Made by a program: the position numbers and the translations under genes. A stretch of 64,000 bases of DNA, taken from the IMG/VR virus record IMGVR_UViG_3300020057_000035, positions 32,001-96,000 of that record; one strand, written 5' to 3'. How positions within the stretch are numbered: the first letter of the stretch is position 1; every line of letters starts with the position of its first letter. This stretch comes from a virus. This document shows positions 50,938 to 61,167 of the stretch, piece after piece. The notes beneath the pieces were generated by a model. That model was not told where the DNA came from. It was given only the letters and a program-made list of their open reading frames with translations, and ran no database searches.

Positions 50938-51300
50938 TCAACTACCGCAGGAGCGAGCTTTACCAGAACCATCTGCTGTCTGAAAACTTGAGCCACAAGA
51001 GCAACTTTTTGTTGCATTTGGATTGAAAATAGAAAAACCACTCTTCATAATGTCTTCTACATAGTCTATCTCTACTCCATCTATGTGTTTAATAGAGTCT
51101 GGGTCGATAACTATCCTAACATCCTTTATTGATAATACAATATCATCATCTTCTGCTTCTTTACTTAAAGCCATTGCATATTGGTACCCAGAACACCCAC
51201 CACCAGATACGAACACACGAAATAATCCGTCTGGCATTTCTTTGTGAATAAGTATCTCTTTAACTTTGTTTGCTGCCGTTGCTGTTAGTGTTAATTCCAT
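50938..51300 (-). CDS. A-type Fe-S carrier (IscA/SufA/ErpA, HesB family)
   Basis: GGGCSGYQY and NPNA-KSCSCGSSF. Confidence 0.95.
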   Translation of the reverse strand: MELTLTATAANKVKEILIHKEMPDGLFRVFVSGGGCSGYQYAMALSKEAEDDDIVLSIKDVRIVIDPDSIKHIDGVEIDYVEDIMKSGFSIFNPNATKSCSCGSSFQTADGSGKARSCGS

Positions 51301-51543
51301 GTCTTAAGTATACATTACCTTTCCGTTAGTTGTCAACCCTGTTGGGTAATATGTCTGTTGGTTTACACTGTGTACAATTTATCGTTTTTGGTGACATTAT
51401 TGAATTGCATTTTGGGCACTCCCAGCCATAGTTAGTTGAGGGCTGATTACTATTACCCCAATCTACAACAACTTTTTCTAAATGATGATGTAATGCTGTC
51501 CCTTGTTCTTCTCCACATCCCTTACACATACGTCCGTAATTAC

Positions 51544-51834
51544 TCATTTATTCACTATTTCTTTCTTATTATGATTAATTTTTGCATAAATAGCCGTCTC
51601 TAGATCTATTCTATAGAATGCACATATATCAGCTATATATATAAATATGTCTGCCAATTCTATTGAAAATCCTACAGGCTTCCCATCCTTAAAATAGAAT
51701 CCGGGATAAAGATTAGGACTATCTGTTTCTGAATCTTTATAGCACTGATATGCTTCTATTACTTCTTTATTTATATTTAAAAGTATTTCTTCTATTGATC
51801 TTTCTTTATTCCATTTTCCTTTTGCAGTGGACAA
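51544..51834 (-). CDS. MazG-like NTP pyrophosphatase
   Basis: EVIEA...KPVG-SIELADIFI. Confidence 0.7.
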   Translation of the reverse strand: MSTAKGKWNKERSIEEILLNINKEVIEAYQCYKDSETDSPNLYPGFYFKDGKPVGFSIELADIFIYIADICAFYRIDLETAIYAKINHNKKEIVNK

Positions 51835-51865
51835 AGAGTGAACATCCTGAATTAGTTCTTGTATG

Positions 51866-52240
51866 TTAATCTACGTCTTTCCCATCTTGGCTTCCACCTA
51901 TATCTCCATTCCAAACATTAGTAGCTAATTCAAGTAATTTTCCAACATCATCTCTAGAGTAATTACTGAGATCTATGTTATTAGTAGTAATTGTGCTTTC
52001 TACCTCAACCCTAGTTGTGACTTTTCCCCTAGTTCTTTCTAGAAGTAATTTAATAGCTTCGATTGATGGTTTCTCTCTATATATTCTAATTGTTCCACCA
52101 TTACCAAGTGGTTCTTCTCTCCAAAGACCCTCTATTAATTCTGTTAATGCGATTGGAGTTTTAGACAATAAAGCATGTAGTTCTCTATCATTAGAGTCGT
52201 ACATCTCTCCATATATTTCTTCTCTTGATTTTCTTGCCAT
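51866..52240 (-). CDS. Hypothetical protein, possible terminase small subunit
   Basis: AIKLLLERTRGK...VEV...IDLS pattern. Confidence 0.4.
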   Translation of the reverse strand: MARKSREEIYGEMYDSNDRELHALLSKTPIALTELIEGLWREEPLGNGGTIRIYREKPSIEAIKLLLERTRGKVTTRVEVESTITTNNIDLSNYSRDDVGKLLELATNVWNGDIGGSQDGKDVD

Positions 52241-52278
52241 TTGATTTCTCCAAAACGTTTGTTTATATTCTAATTATA

Positions 52279-52827
52279 TCATGTAGGGTTGTTATTATTT
52301 AATAAAGCACTTTGAGCTATCCATAGTGCGTCTGCTGTATTGTCGTCTTCTGGAATTATTCCCCATTTTTTTATGGCGGAATCTATCATATCTTGTTTTG
52401 ACGCCTTACCACTACCTATTGCTAACTTTTTAATACTCATAACGTATACACAGGCACAGTGTATATTTCTATTTGCACAAATTAACTGTATGATTGCTAT
52501 AATACCACCATACATATGCGCCGCTGCTGTTCCTATGTGTCTTGATACCTTCTCATAACATATCAACAATTCTTTTGTTATATCTATATTTAATATTTGT
52601 AAAATAATCCAATCAATAAGCTCATTTATCTTATTATAAATTGCCAAAAACTGATCTTTTGTTTCTTCATTTTTTTTTCTTGTGAAGTTACTAGTCTTAG
52701 CATATAATATGTTTGAGTTTTTGTCAAGTACCGCTATTCCCATATGTGTTCCGGGATCTATACCAACATAGATCATCCATCCCACCTCAGGCCATATCTC
52801 TCTTTTAGTATCTTCTCCTCGCCACAT
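52279..52827 (-). CDS. ruvC: RuvC-like Holliday junction resolvase
   Basis: GIDPG, YE, GSGKASKQDM, DDNTADA. Confidence 0.9.
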   Translation of the reverse strand: MWRGEDTKREIWPEVGWMIYVGIDPGTHMGIAVLDKNSNILYAKTSNFTRKKNEETKDQFLAIYNKINELIDWIILQILNIDITKELLICYEKVSRHIGTAAAHMYGGIIAIIQLICANRNIHCACVYVMSIKKLAIGSGKASKQDMIDSAIKKWGIIPEDDNTADALWIAQSALLNNNNPT

Positions 52828-52896
52828 TTTTTACATACAGATCTTCTACCAAACAATAATTTATTTTTTATTTCTTCTTTAGAGAATTGAACAGCC

Positions 52897-53556
52897 TCAG
52901 TTGTCTCTATTATCCAATGATGAATACAGTTTTGGGTTTGCTCCATTTAGTATTTCCGCAATCGGTTTAGTGTTTTTCCTATGAACATTGGTTACTCCAA
53001 ATTTCAATATCGCATCCATGTGTTGTGGTGTACCGTATCCTTTATGTGTTCCAAATCCGTATTCAGGATAAACAGAATCTAAAGAATGCATATACCTGTC
53101 TCTCACGACTTTTGCACAAATAGAAGCTGCCGAAACCTCTTTAATTTTAACATCAGCTTTAATTATTGGATAGCCTATGTCAAAATCGTGCGTTCCGTCT
53201 ATAATAACACATATTTCAGATGGTAAGGAAAACTCTTTTTTAATTTTTAAAATTACTTCTTGAAATGCTTTTTTAAGAGAGTTTGTGTGTCCAATACTTT
53301 CTATTTCATCTGGGTATATAAAAAAGGTCGCCCAAGGAATACCAGATAGAGCTATTTTAGTAAAAAGATATTCTCTTTTTTTCTCTGATAATTTCTTACT
53401 GTCTCTCAGGTCTGACCAAAACTCTGGGATTTTTATTGGTGTTGCAACTGCCCCACAAACGATAGGGCCAGCAAGTGGGCCAGTTCCTACTTCATCCGTT
53501 CCAATGATTCTTCCCTCTAATAATGCTTTAATTCGTGAAGAATATTTCAAATACAA
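52897..53556 (-). CDS. rnhB: Ribonuclease HII
   Basis: GTDEVGTGPLAGP, DSKKL, IDG, AASICAKV-RD, HKGYGT. Confidence 0.95.
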   Translation of the reverse strand: MYLKYSSRIKALLEGRIIGTDEVGTGPLAGPIVCGAVATPIKIPEFWSDLRDSKKLSEKKREYLFTKIALSGIPWATFFIYPDEIESIGHTNSLKKAFQEVILKIKKEFSLPSEICVIIDGTHDFDIGYPIIKADVKIKEVSAASICAKVVRDRYMHSLDSVYPEYGFGTHKGYGTPQHMDAILKFGVTNVHRKNTKPIAEILNGANPKLYSSLDNRDN

Positions 53557-53730
53557 ATACAGTTTCTGTGTATTGCAGCAATTAGATTATTCTCTTTATC
53601 CAACACATAATATATATATTCTTCTCCACCATCATTATCCGGGACATTCACCTTTTCTCGTTGAAATAAAAGTGAATTTCTAAATAGATCTATATTATAT
53701 TGTTTAGGTAATATATATCCGTTTTGGTTA

Positions 53731-54174
53731 TTAAACACAGACAATAAACCTGCCATCTAGTATATTTTCTAACATCGGTTTTACTTGTATTTCCCAATTT
53801 AATCCACCTAAACCGCATCCTAACTTTGGTAATGCAATTTTATCGTCTTTTGAAACATGCTCACTTACTAAAATAGCATTTTGTTTAATTAGTTCAATAG
53901 AAGAAGAGTCTTTCCAATGTATTTTAGTAGGAAAGCATATTAAGGATTTTGGTTTTCCGTTTATATCAGAAGTGGTTATTGCTTTAGGCTTATCTTTTTT
54001 ATATTGTATCGCCTTGCCATATAAGTACTGTAGTCTTGAATATTTATCAGATGCTTGCTTAGCCAAACCTGCTCCCATAACAGCAGTTCCATCTTTTCTG
54101 ATTTGACAATTTGTGGGTATTATGATATAGTCACAATCTATTTCCCAAATATCTATCCCAGCTACAGTAATCAA
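53731..54174 (-). CDS. Macrodomain ADP-ribosylhydrolase-like protein
   Basis: PTN...VMGAGLA...FPTK-HW...ALPKLGCGLGGL-W. Confidence 0.9.
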   Translation of the reverse strand: MITVAGIDIWEIDCDYIIIPTNCQIRKDGTAVMGAGLAKQASDKYSRLQYLYGKAIQYKKDKPKAITTSDINGKPKSLICFPTKIHWKDSSSIELIKQNAILVSEHVSKDDKIALPKLGCGLGGLNWEIQVKPMLENILDGRFIVCV

Positions 54175-56723
54175 TTAGAAAAATAAACAGGATACAGGGC
54201 CTCCAGACCTCTTTTTTCGCTCATCACAAGCACAGTTTGTGATGGTTTACTTATTTTACCATATGCCTTAAGGTACCAGTTGCTTCCGCCGTCAATCGTG
54301 CCATTCTGACATACTGTGATTCCTCCGACTCTGAAACTAGCGAAATCATGCCTGTGTCCCGTAAGTACTAACTCGGGTGTGCATTTAAATATGTTTGATA
54401 AAGCCCATTGTGGTAGTAATCTTTGTAGATCCCACACTGGTCCTCTCCATTGATCTCCATGCATCATTACTACATCGTGACTTAATGAGTTAAGTTTACC
54501 CCACCAATTTTCGTGTATATTCCATTTTATATTTGATTGATTTATACATTTATCTTGCGCCCACCAAGCTAACATTGTATCAAAGTTGTCTTCTGGATCA
54601 GCATAATCATTTTTACCATTTGGTCTACCATGATTACCGGGAACACTATCTACTATTACTTCTGGAAAATAACTTGCCATGTCCATAGCTAATGATGCTA
54701 CTAATCTTGCTGCCATTGGTATTTGTCTTGTTATTCTATGTGAATTAGCTGTCTTATCTAACCCAGAAACGTTTTGTCCAGCGTAAATAAAACAGTTATG
54801 AGTAACAACACCATCTGCTATAAAGGTATGATCTTGATCGACGGTTATGTTATACACAGGCTCTGCTATTTCACTTTTGTTTATCTCTAACACCTTAGAA
54901 TATCTACACCCTAAAGGAGGATCTACGACTCTTCCTTTATCACAAACTGGATAAGTGGTAACTCTCCTAGTCCTTTTTTTGTTGCCCCACCTTTTATTAT
55001 ATATAGGTGTATAAGAGCCTACTTTCATATTTAAATCTGAGGAGTTACACATAGAAACCCACAACACAGACTCCATTGATCCTCCTTGTGGAAGAGGACA
55101 TATTCTAGTTTGTGATCTAATTCTAGATGTTAATAATCCCGAAGTGACACACAATTCATTAATATCTCTAATAAGATCTTTATTAGTAGAGCTATAAACT
55201 ATTTGTCCTAGTTTATTAACGTATCCATCTGAATCTAAATATCCCCTAAGAAATGCTAATTTATACTCATTAGATAAATTAAATACCCATTTTGGAACCC
55301 GTTTAGTTCTAGCATATCCAGCTACACCAGCATTAACCATTATCTCTGCTGCTTGTTTTGAACTAAACCTAGATCCGCTTTCATTTAGACCAATGTGTAT
55401 TTGTTCTCCGTTGTGTTTTATAAATAATTGTTTACATATATCCCAATATCTATCCATGTATCCAATATTTTTATTATCATGAGATAAATAAATACCAGAA
55501 GGATTTCCTTTTATGTCTCTTGTTAAACACCCATTCCCTAAGTAAAAACCCAATATTTCCATTAACTCAATAGATGCTGTTCCAACCGGAGTATAATTAC
55601 TTTCAGATTTAACATCATCAACTATACATAATAAATCCCCCTCTCTAACATCAGAGGCTCTGATGTATTCATGTGTGGTTATGTATCTATTTCTCTTTGG
55701 AAGAACATGAGTAGATATTTTAGTTCTTCGTTGTACCAAAATAGGATGTTCTGCATTAGCTTTAATTGTTTTCTCTATAGATCCAATTGTATATATTGGA
55801 TCTATCCCAGTCATTTCAGAAGCAATTACTTCTCTTGCTTTAAACCCACTCCCTGTATATGCCCAAACATAATCTCCTTTTTGTATATTTTGAATTTCTA
55901 TTGGACCTGTCGGCGTAGACACTATAGATCCAGCAGGTAAGCATCCTTCGACGAGATCTCCAAGTAAGACTAACCTACCAGTATTGATTGGACAACCAGA
56001 CGCTTTGAAGTGTTCTGTGATTTTTCTTGCTGCGTCCATTAGTCTAGGTATTCTTTCTTCTTCCATTATTTTAATACCTATCCCATTTTCCATTTTTCCT
56101 ATTTGCCAATCAGAAGCCACTACAATAATTTCTCTCTCACTCTTTGAAGAATTATTTTTATTAGGAATTGGAACGATAGGAAATCTTAATTCTGGGGTTG
56201 AGTCATGTAGGTCTTTTAATTCGAATCTCATAAAGTCTCGTAATGAGGTTAAGTATGTATTTTTTCTTATTAATTGATTTTTTTGTTCAAATGCTCTTTT
56301 TGCCATTTCAAGATTAGTAGCATCGGGCAACAGAGATCCCTCTTCTTGAAGTATCTCTTCTGTAGTCCATTCTAAATCAGAATTATGGCACACAGAAGAA
56401 CAAAAGAAGTTATTAGCATTTACTGGAACAAATCTATTTATGCAAAGTTTATTTTTACATCGTCTTGTTATTGATGTTTCTGTAATTTCTTCTTTTATTA
56501 TTTTTGAAATTCCTGCTCCCTTTCCTCTAGAAATAAACTTACCATGTACTCTTTTTACATATTCTGATACGGATTTTGCACTCTTAATTACACCGAAATT
56601 TGTAGCTATACTTTCAGATATGTTTTTTCCTATATGTACATCATCACTATTATTGATCTCTTGATCAATAAAATCAGATATAAGTTTTTTTGTTTCTTTA
56701 TCACACTCTTTATAAAGAATCAA
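54171..56723 (-). CDS. Calcineurin-like metallophosphoesterase with intein
   Basis: SDWQIGK, LGDLVEG, PGNHG, HGD, GHRH. Confidence 0.88.
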   Translation of the reverse strand: MILYKECDKETKKLISDFIDQEINNSDDVHIGKNISESIATNFGVIKSAKSVSEYVKRVHGKFISRGKGAGISKIIKEEITETSITRRCKNKLCINRFVPVNANNFFCSSVCHNSDLEWTTEEILQEEGSLLPDATNLEMAKRAFEQKNQLIRKNTYLTSLRDFMRFELKDLHDSTPELRFPIVPIPNKNNSSKSEREIIVVASDWQIGKMENGIGIKIMEEERIPRLMDAARKITEHFKASGCPINTGRLVLLGDLVEGCLPAGSIVSTPTGPIEIQNIQKGDYVWAYTGSGFKAREVIASEMTGIDPIYTIGSIEKTIKANAEHPILVQRRTKISTHVLPKRNRYITTHEYIRASDVREGDLLCIVDDVKSESNYTPVGTASIELMEILGFYLGNGCLTRDIKGNPSGIYLSHDNKNIGYMDRYWDICKQLFIKHNGEQIHIGLNESGSRFSSKQAAEIMVNAGVAGYARTKRVPKWVFNLSNEYKLAFLRGYLDSDGYVNKLGQIVYSSTNKDLIRDINELCVTSGLLTSRIRSQTRICPLPQGGSMESVLWVSMCNSSDLNMKVGSYTPIYNKRWGNKKRTRRVTTYPVCDKGRVVDPPLGCRYSKVLEINKSEIAEPVYNITVDQDHTFIADGVVTHNCFIYAGQNVSGLDKTANSHRITRQIPMAARLVASLAMDMASYFPEVIVDSVPGNHGRPNGKNDYADPEDNFDTMLAWWAQDKCINQSNIKWNIHENWWGKLNSLSHDVVMMHGDQWRGPVWDLQRLLPQWALSNIFKCTPELVLTGHRHDFASFRVGGITVCQNGTIDGGSNWYLKAYGKISKPSQTVLVMSEKRGLEALYPVYFSN
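54795..55943 (-). mobile_element. Metallophosphoesterase intein (LAGLIDADG), 383 aa
   Basis: VEG|CLPAG...NAEH...GFYLGNG...RGYLDSDG...VTHN|CFIY. Confidence 0.92.
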
Positions 56724-57223
56724 CGTACCAACCTAATCTCTGCGTCTCTTCTGCTTTGCTCTCTGCTTAGTGTGTTAATTTGTTTTTCATATATTTTCAA
56801 TTGCGTTTCCAATCTTGTCACTCTTGCTTTTCTATAAATTAAATTAAGTGCCATTGCTTTTAAATTATCATTATCTTTAATTGTTGCACCCTCTATCATT
56901 TCTTTAGGAATAGATCCCTTAGTGTCAAGTAGTGTTTTTTTGTAATCTAACATAGAAGAATTTAAGGTTATAGAATATGCTGTTTCAAATGCATTTAGCT
57001 CAAACTCCTCTCTTCCCAATTCTTCTATAACATAAGTAGCAAATGCTGTTAGTTTTAGTTGTAATGAACCTAACTCTATTGAATTAACTTGCTTTACTTC
57101 TGTGGGAAAAGAGTAATTTTTCTCTACTAATTCTGGTTTTGTTTGCCTCATTATTTGTAATGAATCTATAAAACCTTCTGTTTTTTGAATAAGATCAGTT
57201 AAGCTAAACCACTGTACCACCAA
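56720..57223 (-). CDS. Helical protein, possible recombination mediator (UvsY-like)
   Basis: Coiled-coil, LSREQSRR end, position in recA cluster. Confidence 0.4.
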   Translation of the reverse strand: MVVQWFSLTDLIQKTEGFIDSLQIMRQTKPELVEKNYSFPTEVKQVNSIELGSLQLKLTAFATYVIEELGREEFELNAFETAYSITLNSSMLDYKKTLLDTKGSIPKEMIEGATIKDNDNLKAMALNLIYRKARVTRLETQLKIYEKQINTLSREQSRRDAEIRLVR

Positions 57224-58033
57224 CTAATCCTTTACCATATCTAAAGCATACTCTACTGCTTTAAGTGTTTCTGGGTCTTTATCTTGTACTCTGTAACACA
57301 AAGACTCTTTATAGCAGGCTCTACACTGTTTACTTGTTCTAACAAAAGGTGGCTCTATTAGTTCACCCCTCTTACTGTATTCTCTTGCTACCATTGGAAG
57401 AGCAAACAAATCATTCATTAGCTTTGTATCAGGCTTAACATATCTTATTTTATACTCTTGAGTATCTGTATTCTCAAATAAGAATATTCCTACATCTGAT
57501 GTCTTATACTCTGTGTCTTTGAATATTTTAATATATTGAGCTAATTGATACATATATGATCTTTCTTGTATAGCAAACATTCTAGCCATTTGTTCTAGAT
57601 CTTCTGTTTGTTCTGGAAGACTTTTATATCTAAATGCGTTCATTGTTTTTATTTCTAAAATAAAATTTTCATCAGTGAGTGGATTTTTTACTATGACATC
57701 GCACTCTCCACTCCAACCTATTTCTTCTACTTTCAGTCTAACATTTTTGGCTACCAGTATTCCTGATGCTTCAAATTCATCATTCCATCTATCGTGTGCG
57801 GCTGTACCGTTTCTTGTTCTTCTTAGGTTTTGTGGTTTCATTTTTTCTCTGAAACCTAACATAGAAAATTGAATAGCTCTTGAGCAATTACCACCAGAAC
57901 TAGATGGTCTAATAGATAACACGGGTGGAGAATTTAGACCATTTTTATTGCCTTCTCTAAATAGTTGTTGATCTAAGTTTTCTCCTACCCAATCTTTGTC
58001 TCTTATTTGTTTTAGAAACCTACTTATTCCCAT
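57224..58033 (-). CDS. Cas4-like PD-(D/E)xK exonuclease
   Basis: PS...C, GTAAH, SGECD, EIKT, QLAQY, CxxC...C. Confidence 0.85.
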   Translation of the reverse strand: MGISRFLKQIRDKDWVGENLDQQLFREGNKNGLNSPPVLSIRPSSSGGNCSRAIQFSMLGFREKMKPQNLRRTRNGTAAHDRWNDEFEASGILVAKNVRLKVEEIGWSGECDVIVKNPLTDENFILEIKTMNAFRYKSLPEQTEDLEQMARMFAIQERSYMYQLAQYIKIFKDTEYKTSDVGIFLFENTDTQEYKIRYVKPDTKLMNDLFALPMVAREYSKRGELIEPPFVRTSKQCRACYKESLCYRVQDKDPETLKAVEYALDMVKD

Positions 58034-58382
58034 TAAATTTATCCATTCTGTCTGAGATCGTCCACATATGCTCTTCTACAAAACTTTCTATAATCAACAG
58101 AAGCTGTTCTTTATCTTTTAATTGTACTTCATTTATTCTCAAAATAGGAACACCGGCTATTTCTAAAAACCAAAGATCTCTATTTTTGTCATGAAGTTTT
58201 TGTTTCGGAGAATCATGCATTGGTCCATCATATTCAAACCCTAAATGCACTTCTTCTACATAACAATCAAGAGTGTATTTTCCTATTTGCTTCTCGTCTT
58301 CTACACCAAACCCTATGTCAGAAATAATAGAATGTAATTCTCTATGTGGTTTAGTTAAAGATGTTGGTTGTGTGACAGACAT
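58020..58382 (-). CDS. DUF559/Vsr-like endonuclease
   Basis: YTLDCY...EYDGPMH...D-NRD...ILRI. Confidence 0.8.
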   Translation of the reverse strand: MSVTQPTSLTKPHRELHSIISDIGFGVEDEKQIGKYTLDCYVEEVHLGFEYDGPMHDSPKQKLHDKNRDLWFLEIAGVPILRINEVQLKDKEQLLLIIESFVEEHMWTISDRMDKFNGNK

Positions 58383-59440
58383 TAAAAAGAAGACTCTTCT
58401 ATAGGAAGACTTAAATCATCTTTTAAATATTGCTCTAACTCTGGAGTAGATTTAATAAGATCTATAAAACCAGCTTTTCCCATAATCTTATTTTCTTTAT
58501 AATCATAGTATGCTCCGCGTTTAATTATGATACCTCTTTCTACTGCCTCTGTTACCATACTCCAAATATAATCAATTTTACCTGTTGCGAACATAAAAGG
58601 TATTTCTGTTTTTTGAAAAGGAACTCCTTGTTTGTTTTTTTCAACAATCAATTCAAGCATATATCCAACTTTAGCTTTACTAGCTCCTACACCTTCCTCA
58701 ATCCATTCTCCTCTCTTAACTCTAATTTTTTGCCAAGCCCAATAAGCAGAAGAACGCCCCCCTGGTTGTGTTTCTGGATTACCATACATAGTTGGTGAAA
58801 CTCTTGTTTGATTTATAATCAAAAGCATGGTACCTTCATTCTCAGCCATTGCATTGTTTAATCCCATTTGATTCAAAGAAGCATTAGCCATAGGTTGAGG
58901 TTTTTCAAACATCTCATTTAAATCTTTATTTAAAGACTTAGAGGAAGCTATAGAAGCAAGAGAATCTATAACAATTACACCTACTCTCTTTCTTATCCAG
59001 AAAATTACAGCTTCCCAGACCTCTTCTCCTGTTTTTGGTCTTACAACAAGGACATCATTTGAGTTTACCCCAACCTTAGCTGACCACTCAGGAACCCAAG
59101 AATGCTCTACATCTATGTAGATAATGCTTAGATTTTGATCCTGTGCTGCCTTCATAGCTAATAATGCTACTACTGTTTTTCCAGCAGAGGCATCTCCAAA
59201 TATCATATTTACTCTATCGAACGCTAAGCCACCATCTAAAAGATTATCTAGGGTTGGAATACCAAAAGGAAGTAACTTAAGCTCAAACTTTTCATTGTCT
59301 CCCCAGTTTAATTTAGAATTAAGTTCTTGTTCAATTTGTTTTTGTTGTTCTTTAAGATTTTCGATTGAAAGCAGGTGAGAAGAACCCTCACCCACTTCTT
59401 TATTTTTAGATTTAACCACGAACTGCTTTTGATAGTTCAC
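58382..59440 (-). CDS. recA: RecA/UvsX-family recombinase
   Basis: GDASAGKT, YIDVE, VIDSLA, INQTR, YGNPETQPGG, KNK. Confidence 0.92.
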   Translation of the reverse strand: MNYQKQFVVKSKNKEVGEGSSHLLSIENLKEQQKQIEQELNSKLNWGDNEKFELKLLPFGIPTLDNLLDGGLAFDRVNMIFGDASAGKTVVALLAMKAAQDQNLSIIYIDVEHSWVPEWSAKVGVNSNDVLVVRPKTGEEVWEAVIFWIRKRVGVIVIDSLASIASSKSLNKDLNEMFEKPQPMANASLNQMGLNNAMAENEGTMLLIINQTRVSPTMYGNPETQPGGRSSAYWAWQKIRVKRGEWIEEGVGASKAKVGYMLELIVEKNKQGVPFQKTEIPFMFATGKIDYIWSMVTEAVERGIIIKRGAYYDYKENKIMGKAGFIDLIKSTPELEQYLKDDLSLPIEESSF

Positions 59441-59795
59441 TAATTAAATTAGTTTGTTCTTTAATCTTGTCTACCATGAGTTTATTATTAGATCTCATTG
59501 TTTCCATGTTTCTCAAAGTATTACTTAATATCTCTTCAACTTCAGTTACTCTATCAGTGACACCTTTTGTTCCTAGTGCCCCACCTATTAAGTTAGAGAC
59601 AGCAATTTCCATATGCTTATCAATAGCTACCCACATTGCAGTAGCTGCACTTAATGCTAAGGATATTTGAGTCTCTACGTCACCACTTGGATCTAACCCA
59701 TCTATTTTTATTAGAGGTTTTATATTTCCGAAGCCTTTTTCAGAGAGAGGCATTACTGCCCCCAACTCTACTGAAACTGTTAATTTATCTGTCAT
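59412..59795 (-). CDS. Hypothetical protein
   Basis: ORF within replication operon. Confidence 0.6.
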   Translation of the reverse strand: MTDKLTVSVELGAVMPLSEKGFGNIKPLIKIDGLDPSGDVETQISLALSAATAMWVAIDKHMEIAVSNLIGGALGTKGVTDRVTEVEEILSNTLRNMETMRSNNKLMVDKIKEQTNLISELSKAVRG

Positions 59796-60575
59796 TTAGT
59801 CGAACGAAACTATTTCATCACTAGGAACGTTTCCAAAAGAAAGCAAGTCATCATTGTCGTCTGTATTTCTAGCAACCACTGTTCTAGGTTTAAATGAAGC
59901 AAATTCAGCTAAAATTACTTCTTCTAAATCAGGTGCGTTTTTTCTAGCTTCTATGACTTCTGGTGTTATTACTGAATTAGCAAGCTCTCGTAAAGTTTCC
60001 ATTGTATTTACTCCAGAACCAGTTCTTTCTAAAGCAAAAGCTCTATCAAGCAGTGTAGGGTTTTCTTTTGGCTGTAAATCAGAACCTTGATATGCTCCAA
60101 TTAATTGAGGTATAAGTTTAGGTTTTGCTACTAATAACCAAACATCTTTTACTTCCTCAACATATACAAATCCAGAAACGCTTTTAGGAGACTTTTTCTT
60201 TTCCCAGACAACACCCTCTCTATCAGAAGGCGATACGTGTAGAATACTATCTACATAAACTAAGCAGCACCCTCTACCCCAAGGACCGGGAAGTCCATCA
60301 GTACAATACTGACACTTTTCATCATCATCTTCTGGTGTTGCTTTTTCGCAAAGTACGTCTTTCTTCCATACCCCGCCAGACTTTTTATTAACTTCTATCA
60401 GGTGTACATTAGGAATTAATAAATCTTCTGCGTCAGTTACGAAATAAATCTTTGCTGTTTCATTTTCTTTTAACCACAGCTTAAATATCTTATTGCTTTG
60501 TTGCGCTCTTTTTTCTGCTTGTTCATTCTGTTGTTCTTGTAGGAATCTTAGTCCTTTTGAAAATCCACTTATCAT
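59796..60575 (-). CDS. Single-stranded DNA-binding protein (gp32-like)
   Basis: H...C...CxxC Zn site, ERTGSG, acidic C-terminal tail, next to recA. Confidence 0.65.
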   Translation of the reverse strand: MISGFSKGLRFLQEQQNEQAEKRAQQSNKIFKLWLKENETAKIYFVTDAEDLLIPNVHLIEVNKKSGGVWKKDVLCEKATPEDDDEKCQYCTDGLPGPWGRGCCLVYVDSILHVSPSDREGVVWEKKKSPKSVSGFVYVEEVKDVWLLVAKPKLIPQLIGAYQGSDLQPKENPTLLDRAFALERTGSGVNTMETLRELANSVITPEVIEARKNAPDLEEVILAEFASFKPRTVVARNTDDNDDLLSFGNVPSDEIVSFD

Positions 60576-61162
60576 AATGTTAAATACCTCTTTATTGAAT
60601 TTAGTTGTTTTTTGTTTCTTTGAATCTGTTTGTAATCTGCTGATTCTAGTTTTTGATCATTTATTATTTTAATCACTGTTCTCTGTAGCCCTTTATTTAA
60701 TTTAGTTAAGAATAAATTTACTCCTGTTTTATCTTCTATTTCTTGAGCAGCAGAATATATTTCTATATTTAAATATTCTGTTTGTCCATAAATTATTTTT
60801 CGCTCTGTTTTTCCACACTCAACACATTTTTTATGTTTTGTATATATAGGGATTATAGCACTACAAAACAAACATGTCAAGTGTTTTATTGGTCTATTAA
60901 TAAGATAATTTTTTAGTAGGGATTTGTATGTATTATTTAAACAATACTCATAAAATACTGTTTCATATACGCCGTGAGTTGGAGAAAAAGAAATATAGCT
61001 TTTCCATAGTGTTATACATAATTCTTGAAAGCAATCTTCTTGTTCAAGACCTACTTTTTCAAGTGCAATGGTTTTTTTATGTATTAAATCTTTATATTTA
61101 TAAAACACTATACTAAAATCTTTTGTCTCTGTAGTTTGTAGTAAATTATTCCATCTACTCAA
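60572..61162 (-). CDS. Sigma-factor-like protein (region 2) with Zn ribbon
   Basis: EQEDCFQELCITLWKS...F; CLFC...CVECG. Confidence 0.6.
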   Translation of the reverse strand: MSRWNNLLQTTETKDFSIVFYKYKDLIHKKTIALEKVGLEQEDCFQELCITLWKSYISFSPTHGVYETVFYEYCLNNTYKSLLKNYLINRPIKHLTCLFCSAIIPIYTKHKKCVECGKTERKIIYGQTEYLNIEIYSAAQEIEDKTGVNLFLTKLNKGLQRTVIKIINDQKLESADYKQIQRNKKQLNSIKRYLTL

Positions 61163-61167
61163 TTACA

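Noticed and set aside
57224-58033. Cas4-like gene as part of a CRISPR system
   Set aside because: Sits in the recA/SSB recombination block with no cas1/cas2 or array; typical solo phage exonuclease
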